From: an uncultured Caldithrix sp. | Lineage (GTDB): Bacteria > Calditrichota > Calditrichia > Calditrichales > Calditrichaceae | NCBI GenBank assembly: GCA_964532875.1 | Contig: CAZHIZ010000001.1 | Coordinates: forward strand, 12,100-76,099 | DNA: 64,000 nt | Reading direction: 5' to 3' | In this document: piece after piece, positions 57,174 to 64,000 of the stretch | How the letters are laid out: each line of letters starts with the position of its first letter | Numbering within the stretch: the stretch's first letter is position 1 | The notes under the pieces: model-generated | What the model was told of the DNA's origin: nothing | Databases searched by the model: none | The model's input: the letters and a program-made list of their open reading frames with translations, nothing else | Position numbers and translations under genes: made by a program

Positions 57174-58187
57174 ATGAGAACAATACATTTGATTTTTATT
57201 CTTCTGTTGAGCATTGCACTCGGGTCTGCCGGTGAAATTACCAAAAAAGGTACCAGCGCCGCCCAATTTTTGAAGATCGGTGTCGGTGCTCGGGCAACGG
57301 CCATGGGCGAAAGTTTCGTGGCCGAAGCCAACGATGCCTCGGCGGTCTATTGGAATCCGGCCGGTCTGGCTCATTTGACGCGTAATGAATTGTTGCTGGT
57401 GCGTACCAATTGGATCGCCGGTATGACCTACGATTTCGCCACGGTTACCATACCGATGCAGTCAATCGGAACGTTCGGGCTATTCTACCAGGCCTTGAAT
57501 ATGGGCGAGATGAAAGTCCGCACGGAATATCAGCCGGACGGTACGGGCGAATTGTTTGATGCCAGTAGCTTTTCCCTTGGACTGAGTTATGCCCGAACCA
57601 TGACCGACCGATTCGCTTTCGGTCTTACGGCCAAATACATTCGGGAGCAAATTTGGCACGAGTCCGCTGCTACCATGGCTATTGATTTGGGCATTACCTA
57701 CCGAACTTCCATTAAAAATTTGCGTCTGGGAATGGCTATTTTAAACTACGGCGGAAAAATGCAAATGAACGGCAAAGATCTGCTCACCTTTGTGGATGTG
57801 GATCCTAATTTAAAGGGAAATAACGAGTACATCGTCTCCCGTTTGAATACCGAAAAATTCGATATTCCTCTGAACTTTCGTATCGGCCTGGCTTATGATC
57901 CGATTAAAACCGATTTTTCGCGGGTAACGATTACCATGGACGGCGTTTCACCTAATGATTTTAACGAATATTTGAACGTGGGCATGGAATATGCCTTCCG
58001 CAACATGGTCTTTTTACGCACCGGTTTCAAAGGGATTGGAATTCACAATGCCGAAGGCGGTTTTTCGGCTGGTGCCGGTATTAAATACAAAATGACCGGC
58101 CAATTGGGTTTGGTCATCGATTACGCCTATGTGGATTTCGGGCGTTTGAATAATGTTCAACGTTTTTCCCTGCGTATCTTGTTCTAA
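57174..58187 (+). CDS. PorV/PorQ-family outer-membrane beta-barrel (cassette 2)
   Basis: 'GEITKKGTSAAQFLKIGVGARATAMGESFVAEANDASAVYWNPAGLAHL'; ends '..FSLRILF'. The ATG at 57174 has better SD spacing than the ORF-track 57168. Confidence 0.78.
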   Translation: MRTIHLIFILLLSIALGSAGEITKKGTSAAQFLKIGVGARATAMGESFVAEANDASAVYWNPAGLAHLTRNELLLVRTNWIAGMTYDFATVTIPMQSIGTFGLFYQALNMGEMKVRTEYQPDGTGELFDASSFSLGLSYARTMTDRFAFGLTAKYIREQIWHESAATMAIDLGITYRTSIKNLRLGMAILNYGGKMQMNGKDLLTFVDVDPNLKGNNEYIVSRLNTEKFDIPLNFRIGLAYDPIKTDFSRVTITMDGVSPNDFNEYLNVGMEYAFRNMVFLRTGFKGIGIHNAEGGFSAGAGIKYKMTGQLGLVIDYAYVDFGRLNNVQRFSLRILF

Positions 58188-58199
58188 TCTTTTGCCTCC

Positions 58200-58232
58200 G
58201 GGGCTGTCTGATCGGGCAGCCCCTTCTCTTTT
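58200..58232 (+). terminator. rho-independent terminator after cassette 2
   Basis: GGGGCTG/CAGCCCC stem followed by TTCTCTTTT, 13 nt after the stop. Confidence 0.65.
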
Positions 58233-58352
58233 GCCGCCTGAATACACTTTTGCGTTTTCCCTTTTCTCGTAAATTCCTGCCCAAGGGTAAATCATTTCCA
58301 AATGGTCAGATATTTTCCTAAATTCCGGTTCAGATAAAACCGGGAGTTCAAT

Positions 58353-59921
58353 ATGAAAAAGTTCCTATCTGTTCTGTTTGTTTTTCTTTCCTTCGCATTG
58401 ATCATCCAATGCAGCCGTTCTTCGTATCCCGAAAACGTGCGGGAAGCATTGAGACAGGCCGGCAAAAATCGAAGCGCTTTGGAAAGCGTGATCCGCCATT
58501 ATCAAAAAAGAGCACAGGATTCTCTCAAATTAAAAGCCGCTTATTATTTGATCGGCAATATGCCCGGACACGGCTATGTGACCTACGTGTTAAAAGATAC
58601 GGCCGGAAGGGAAGTGCCGTTTAATGTGCTCGCTTATCCGGATTACAAAACCATGGTTGCTGCCTGGGATTCCATTGCCGCCATTCGTGGCAAATTGGAT
58701 TTCACCAAAAAAGAATTTGTTGAGGATGTGAAAGTCATTAGCGCCGGTTTTTTGATTAAGAATATTGATTTGTCATTTAAAGTGTGGCACGAAAAACCGT
58801 GGGCCCGATTTTTGAGTTTCGATCAATTTTGTCGTTACATTTTACCCTACCGCGGCAGCAACGAACCGCTCGAAGATTGGCGCAGCTATTTTTACCGCAA
58901 ATACCGTTGGCTCGATTCGGCTTATGCCCACTCGCGGAATGTGGTGCAGGTGGCCACGGCCATTAATGAAGATTTGAAGTCGTGGTTTACCTTTGATTCG
59001 CGTTTCTACCGCCATCCCACCGATCAGGGATTGCATGAAATGTTAAAAAACAAAATGGGCCGTTGCGAGGATATGGCCAATTTGGCCATTTTTGCCATGC
59101 GTGCAAACGGCTTGGCCGTGACCAGCGATTACACCCCGTATTGGGCCGATGCGGCTAATAATCATGCCTGGAACGCTCTGATCGATACGTCCGGCAAGGC
59201 CATTCCGTTTATGGGCAGCTTATTTGATCCCGGCAAATATACGTTACCCAACCGTATTGCCAAAGTTTATCGTAAAACCTACGAATATCATCGGGAGAAT
59301 TTGATTTTTAAAGTTAAAAACAAACGGCTTGTCCCGCGTTGGCTCTCCGGTAAAAGTTACATTGATGTCACCAAAGAATATGTTCCCACGGCCGATGTGA
59401 CGATTCGCTTAAATGCCGCCCATCCCGATTCCATTCATTATGCCTATTTGTGTGTGTTTAATACGGGCGAATGGCAACCCATTCACTGGGGGCAAATCCG
59501 TAATGGTCAGGTCACGTTTACGGCTATGGGTAAAAATTTGGCCTATTTGCCGGCTTACTACATAAAACAAAAAATACAACCGGCCGCTCCGGCCTTTATT
59601 CTGCAAAAAGACGGCCAGGTGCATTTCTTACGAGCCGATACCAACCATGTCACATCGCTCGCCTTAATTTCCACAATGAAACGTGTGACCCAACAAGCCA
59701 CGGACAGCAAGAAAAAGAGTTTTTTGGACAAAGGAGCGGAATACGAGTTATTCTACTGGCAAAACGGTTGGCGTTCGTTGGGGAAAAAGAAGGCACCCGG
59801 GCAGGGGGCATTGATCTTTAAACGCGTACCGGAGAATGCTTTATTCTGGTTGGTCAAAGAAGGATCGAAAAAATACGAACGTATTTTTATTTATCGCCAC
59901 GGCCGGCAAATTTGGTATTAG
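58353..59921 (+). CDS. transglutaminase-like cysteine-peptidase-fold lipoprotein
   Basis: Lipobox 'ALIIQCS'. Catalytic-core-like 'GRCEDMANLAIFAMRANG' (Cys) and 'NHAWNALID' (His). Confidence 0.75.
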   Translation: MKKFLSVLFVFLSFALIIQCSRSSYPENVREALRQAGKNRSALESVIRHYQKRAQDSLKLKAAYYLIGNMPGHGYVTYVLKDTAGREVPFNVLAYPDYKTMVAAWDSIAAIRGKLDFTKKEFVEDVKVISAGFLIKNIDLSFKVWHEKPWARFLSFDQFCRYILPYRGSNEPLEDWRSYFYRKYRWLDSAYAHSRNVVQVATAINEDLKSWFTFDSRFYRHPTDQGLHEMLKNKMGRCEDMANLAIFAMRANGLAVTSDYTPYWADAANNHAWNALIDTSGKAIPFMGSLFDPGKYTLPNRIAKVYRKTYEYHRENLIFKVKNKRLVPRWLSGKSYIDVTKEYVPTADVTIRLNAAHPDSIHYAYLCVFNTGEWQPIHWGQIRNGQVTFTAMGKNLAYLPAYYIKQKIQPAAPAFILQKDGQVHFLRADTNHVTSLALISTMKRVTQQATDSKKKSFLDKGAEYELFYWQNGWRSLGKKKAPGQGALIFKRVPENALFWLVKEGSKKYERIFIYRHGRQIWY

Positions 59922-59929
59922 CATTACCA

Positions 59930-59972
59930 AAAAAGGGTGCAAAACTCAAAGAGATGAATTTGCACCCTTCAT
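59930..59972. terminator. bidirectional hairpin between convergent genes
   Basis: GGGTGCAAA/TTTGCACCC stem flanked by an A-run on the left and T-rich sequence on the right. Confidence 0.6.
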
Positions 59973-59993
59973 AAATCAACACATCGTGATAAT

Positions 59994-61241
59994 TTAAATC
60001 GCCGCCGGAATGGAGGCATTATTCTTCATTTCCTGAAAATATTCTTCTTCCAGAAACAGTTCGTCCGCCTTTTGCAAAATTTTGCGGGCGGCCTTTTCTT
60101 CCAATAAGCCCAGATAATCACGCAGTTCGGCCTGAACCCGATAGGCCGGAATACTCTCGAAATGTACGCGCTGCAAGAAAAGCTGAATATCGTACAGCGA
60201 GCGGCCCATGGCCTGGTACGAACGCAAAGCGGCTTCCTGCGGATTTTCTTTGACCCATTGCACCGCCTCTTCGGTTTTTTGCAGGAAGAGTCGCGTTAAT
60301 TCGGGGTATTCCCGTGTGAATGCTCCCTTAAAGACCAAACCAGCATTGGGTAAACCGTGACTTTCCGGTTTCAATTGTTTCCACAAATCCGAATAGGAAA
60401 AAGCTACCTGAATTTCCGGATGAGCGTTCAGGGCATAGCTTACTTCCGGTTCGCGAATTAAGGCCGTATCGATGGAACCGTCCATCAGTTTTTGGGCGAT
60501 TTCTTCGGGCCGCCCAAACGGTTCTCCGTAAACAAAATTGAACTCATCGGGATTCTGGCCGAAGCGACGCATCAAGTAGTGCGTTACCTGGGCCGGAGGC
60601 GCCTTGCGGAAGAGCGGCATGTGAATTTCTTTTCCCTTTAAATCGGCGAATGATCGGGCCCGATAACCGCGAGTGACTATGTAGAAATTGTCCCAGACGG
60701 AAACCGTTGCCAATTTCACATCGTTTTCTTTACCCAACAGGTTGGCCGATGCAATGATGGCCGAAAAAGAAATATCCGCTTTTCCGCTTACAATCCAACC
60801 CAAATGCTTTTCCGTTTCTTGCCAGACTTTGACTTCGCGAACATCAAAATGAGATTTGATTTGCGGGTCGTCCAGCACACGGAGTAAAACGGGGTACACC
60901 ACCGGCGTGGCGGACTGAATAACTACGGGCACTTTTTTCGAACTTCGTACGTGCGGCGTTTCTGCGGAAAAGTCATCCGCATCGGATTGGGATGTGTCGG
61001 CCGCACGCTTGAAAAAAATGCGGAATTCTTCCTGCGAGACTTTACGGGTAAAATGCTCCCAGCCTTCCTTTTCCATGACGCCGTAAAGCGGAACGGGTTC
61101 AAAACTTTGAATGATTTCCAGGCCCTGATCGGCTGGTAACGATTGTGCCGTTGTGATTATTTTTTGTAAAAAAAATCCTTCCAGGGCACGGGCATCTATG
61201 GTTACAAAGGATAATTGCCGAATCCATTGCGGTTCCTGCAT
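59994..61241 (-). CDS. fusion protein: N-terminal DUF2249-like domain + NMT1/NitT-TauT-type substrate-binding-protein fold, no signal peptide
   Basis: The N-terminal 'TIDARALEGFFLQKIITTAQSLPADQGLEIIQSFEPVPLYGVMEKEGWEH' resembles the adjacent small protein. The remainder looks like a periplasmic-binding-protein type 2 fold ('GKEIHMPLFRKAPPAQV', 'GSIDTALIREPEVS'). Confidence 0.65.
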   Translation of the reverse strand: MQEPQWIRQLSFVTIDARALEGFFLQKIITTAQSLPADQGLEIIQSFEPVPLYGVMEKEGWEHFTRKVSQEEFRIFFKRAADTSQSDADDFSAETPHVRSSKKVPVVIQSATPVVYPVLLRVLDDPQIKSHFDVREVKVWQETEKHLGWIVSGKADISFSAIIASANLLGKENDVKLATVSVWDNFYIVTRGYRARSFADLKGKEIHMPLFRKAPPAQVTHYLMRRFGQNPDEFNFVYGEPFGRPEEIAQKLMDGSIDTALIREPEVSYALNAHPEIQVAFSYSDLWKQLKPESHGLPNAGLVFKGAFTREYPELTRLFLQKTEEAVQWVKENPQEAALRSYQAMGRSLYDIQLFLQRVHFESIPAYRVQAELRDYLGLLEEKAARKILQKADELFLEEEYFQEMKNNASIPAAI

Positions 61242-61256
61242 GGATATCTCCTTTCT

Positions 61257-61607
61257 CTATTTGAAGCTAAGTATATCGTTTTGTTTAATGAAATAGCTTT
61301 CGTAATGATCGTCGATTTTTCGGGTACGGTACAAAAATCCCATTTTGCCCAGCACCGCGTACAGGGGCGCCGGCTCAAAATTTTGTTTAACCAAAAGCAC
61401 CTGTCCCGATTTTAAAAGACGCGCTTTTGCCATGATGGCCGGCAGAAAAAATCCCGATAACCGACGGGCATCCAAACAGTTCACCGGATAGTTTGAAAGC
61501 AAAGAGCTTAACGATACATTTTCGGGCAAGGCATATTCCCGGATTTTTTGGTAATCGGTTTTTTTACGCAAGCGATCGATTTTCGCATTTAAATTCAGTG
61601 CAACCAT
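61257..61607 (-). CDS. DUF2249-like small protein
   Basis: 'CLDARRLSGFFLPAIMAKARLLKSGQVLLVKQNFEPAPLYAVLGKMGF'. Start moved to MVALNL (GGAG 4 nt upstream). The ORF-track extension is hydrophobic junk upstream of the SD. Confidence 0.65.
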   Translation of the reverse strand: MVALNLNAKIDRLRKKTDYQKIREYALPENVSLSSLLSNYPVNCLDARRLSGFFLPAIMAKARLLKSGQVLLVKQNFEPAPLYAVLGKMGFLYRTRKIDDHYESYFIKQNDILSFK

Positions 61608-61676
61608 TTGGCTCCTGTTTTTAATTGTTAAAGTTAAATAAGTAAAACAAAAGTTAATGTAATGAAATATGAAATG

Positions 61677-61708
61677 CAAAAAAATCGGGAGAAATTCATT
61701 CTCCCGAT
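61677..61708 (-). terminator. rho-independent terminator after the qNOR gene
   Basis: ATCGGGAGA/TCTCCCGAT stem followed by a 7-nt T-run on the minus strand. Confidence 0.8.
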
Positions 61709-61721
61709 TTTAAAAATACAA

Positions 61722-63938
61722 TTAAGCGATTTTTTTGTTGAAATAGATTTTTTTAGCCAAATCATAAAAGACTAAAAGGCCTCCCAAGATCATCATGCCG
61801 TCCGGTAAAATACGGAACCACATCCAGTTTTTCATGGGTTCCACGGCGCTACGTAAACGAGCGAAATAATAACCCATGTTCATGGAAATTTCGGCTTGAT
61901 GCATACCGATGATTAATGTGGGAATGGCAAAGATCAAGACACCGGCGGTTAAGAGTCCAAAGCCCCAATTGGAAACTTTGGAATTCCATTCCAGATTGTT
62001 GGCCAGAGTGTAAGTACGTGCGGTCATGTACAAAAAGGCGATGGAAAGATAACCGAAAGCGCCGAGCAAAGCGACATGCCCGTGCGGCATGATCAAATAG
62101 GTTCCGTGCGCATAGTAGTCGATGGTCGGGGTATTGATGACCATGCCGAAAAAGCCGGCACCAATCCAGTTTAAGAACGCCGAACCGGCCAACCACATGA
62201 ACACCGTATTAAATTGAAATCCGTTTTCGCTTTTATTGAGTTCGCGCTGTTGTTTCCAGGCTTCGAGTAACAACAAGGCCAGGGGTAACGGCTCCAAAGC
62301 GGAGAAGATACCGCCGATGGCGATCCAGTATTGATCGAGACCTTGCCACCAATAATGGTGACCAACACCCAGCGTTCCGCTTAACATAATCAAAAACAGT
62401 TCGAAGAACATGGTGCGAACGGCCACTTTGTGTGAAACCAGCCCCAGGCTTACGGTAAAGAAAGCCAAGACACCGGTGGCAAACAATTCGAAGGTCAATT
62501 CCACCCAAAGATGGATGACCCACCAGCGGTAATAATCATCTACCGTGTAGTTCGGCATAATTTTGTGGATGGGCATCATACCGGCAATGTACAGGGTGGC
62601 GATGGCAAAAGCCGACCAGATGATGGTGCTAACTAAAGGATTGTTTGTGGCCGCTTTTTTAATCAGAGAGATGATCAGCAAGAACCAGAAAACCAGACCG
62701 ACCACCAAACCGATGTCCCAAACGCGTCCCAGATTAATTAATTCACGGCCCTCGTTACCGAACCAAAACCACAGATTACGCATTTGTCCGGTAGCCCCCA
62801 TGTACAAGCCGACAATACCGCCGACAGCCACGATTAACAGGGCCCACCAGAGTACATCCACCAGCCAGGGGTATTTGTGGTCTTTGTTGGCTACCCAGGG
62901 CGCAATGAGCAAACCGCCTACCAACCAGCCGACTGCGACCCAAAGAATGGCGATTTGCGTGTGCATGGAACGTAAAACGTTAAAAGGCAAAATATGCTGG
63001 GAGAGAATAAAATTTTTGCTCGGCTCGGTGTAAATATGGGCCAAATACCCGCCGAGAATTAATTGGACCACAAATAAAGCGGCCACAACCGGTACGTATT
63101 TTAAAAGCTTTTTCTGGGATTTGAACATACCGGTGATTTTTAATGCCGGCTGTAACTCTTCGTCTTCTTCTTTTTTAAACAGATATTCGTAGCTGAGAAA
63201 AATAACCACAATCGTCAAAGTCCAAAGGGCTAAGAATTCCCACAGAGAAATACTGTTGTTAATCCATGAGTTACCCTGATCGACTAAAGGTTCGTTCGGC
63301 CAATTATTGGACCAACTGCGTTCGGTTCCGGGGCGCCAGGATGAGGCAACTAACTGGGACCAATCCACAAAAGCGGCAATTTTTTTGGCTTCCTCAGGGC
63401 GAATAAAACCACCCGGGAAGGCGCGTTCCTTATCACCGTTGACCAATAAATCCACGAGATATTGAACGTTCTTTTTAAATGCTTCTGCCGAGGCGGAAGT
63501 GTACACGACCTTGTCGGCGTTCAATTCGGTTTGTTTGTGGAAATCTTGCTTAACGCGTTCTTTTACGGCACCGCGTTCGATGTCCGTTAAATCCTTATTG
63601 GATTTGCCGTACATCATTTGGCCGTAAAAATCGTACAAATATTCGGCGCGTTTGTGCATAAAGTCCGTTGTGAAGTCCGGGCCAATATAGGCACCCATAC
63701 CTAACAACGTGCCCCAGTCCGTTAAATCGAATTCCTGAAAGTAGCCTTTCCCTTCAACCACATCGTTGTAGGTGTAAAGAACTTCTCCGGAATCGGATAC
63801 CACTTGTTGGGGAATGGGGGGTACTTCTTTTTGCAAGGTTGCCGTGTAATAGATCAGGATAGTTACCATGAAAATGGCAATAATCCAAAAGGCGGAATAC
63901 AGCCCCTTGCGACTCATGAAACGGTCCAGTAAGGTCAT
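61722..63938 (-). CDS. norZ: quinol-dependent nitric-oxide reductase (qNOR, heme-copper oxidase superfamily, single large subunit)
   Basis: 738 aa with one N-terminal TM helix and a ~200-aa soluble extension before a 12-TM core. His ligand blocks 'GVGHHYWWQG' and 'MPHGHVALLGAFG'. GGAGGA SD. Confidence 0.85.
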   Translation of the reverse strand: MTLLDRFMSRKGLYSAFWIIAIFMVTILIYYTATLQKEVPPIPQQVVSDSGEVLYTYNDVVEGKGYFQEFDLTDWGTLLGMGAYIGPDFTTDFMHKRAEYLYDFYGQMMYGKSNKDLTDIERGAVKERVKQDFHKQTELNADKVVYTSASAEAFKKNVQYLVDLLVNGDKERAFPGGFIRPEEAKKIAAFVDWSQLVASSWRPGTERSWSNNWPNEPLVDQGNSWINNSISLWEFLALWTLTIVVIFLSYEYLFKKEEDEELQPALKITGMFKSQKKLLKYVPVVAALFVVQLILGGYLAHIYTEPSKNFILSQHILPFNVLRSMHTQIAILWVAVGWLVGGLLIAPWVANKDHKYPWLVDVLWWALLIVAVGGIVGLYMGATGQMRNLWFWFGNEGRELINLGRVWDIGLVVGLVFWFLLIISLIKKAATNNPLVSTIIWSAFAIATLYIAGMMPIHKIMPNYTVDDYYRWWVIHLWVELTFELFATGVLAFFTVSLGLVSHKVAVRTMFFELFLIMLSGTLGVGHHYWWQGLDQYWIAIGGIFSALEPLPLALLLLEAWKQQRELNKSENGFQFNTVFMWLAGSAFLNWIGAGFFGMVINTPTIDYYAHGTYLIMPHGHVALLGAFGYLSIAFLYMTARTYTLANNLEWNSKVSNWGFGLLTAGVLIFAIPTLIIGMHQAEISMNMGYYFARLRSAVEPMKNWMWFRILPDGMMILGGLLVFYDLAKKIYFNKKIA

Positions 63939-64000
63939 AGGTCCTCCAAATAAATACTACATTGAAATAGAAATTAGATTATTAAAAAAACCGGCTTCGC

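Overview
Chromosomal segment, mid-40s % GC by eye, from a diderm bacterium that uses a type IX secretion system (T9SS). Five proteins end in the Por C-terminal sorting domain (CTD), '..NYPNPFNP....KMILLK', and two more carry a divergent version. Content fits an FCB-group lineage such as Calditrichota or Ignavibacteriota, but that is only a guess.

Left to right:
- End of the dcw cluster (murC'-ftsQ-ftsA-ftsZ), a small MerR-type gene, a methionine-gamma-lyase-type PLP enzyme, tRNA-Thr(CGU), DUF971, pepT and a YbgF-like TPR lipoprotein.
- A polysaccharide locus: ArsR-like regulator, two GT4, wecB, TagF-like, AsnB-like, tagD and a flippase. The 12.4-18.4 kb part is visibly AT-richer.
- Three paralogous lipoprotein genes, two of which form a base-perfect tandem duplication with an 1,100-bp period.
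- A DegT aminotransferase, an orphan receiver domain and glyQS.

The most unusual content is two anciently paralogous three-gene outer-membrane cassettes at 26.0-33.8 kb and 51.5-58.2 kb. Each encodes a CarboxypepD_reg/TonB-receptor-like barrel, a roughly 930-1,080-aa FN3-containing protein with a divergent CTD, and a PorV/PorQ-like barrel. The first cassette is interrupted by an IS200-like/RAYT gene flanked by 33-bp inverted repeats.

Between the cassettes lie:
- A tightly packed OPT transporter / XRE / M20 / FGE-fusion / C10-protease array.
- A run of T9SS cargo genes sharing an unrecognised ~230-aa domain. It occurs three times, once circularly permuted and inserted in a BNR propeller.
- A CTD-only minigene and glnA.

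The right end holds a transglutaminase-like lipoprotein and a qNOR gene with two DUF2249-like genes. No rRNA, CRISPR array or prophage was seen. Many start codons were re-picked relative to the ORF track using SD spacing, overlaps and terminators.
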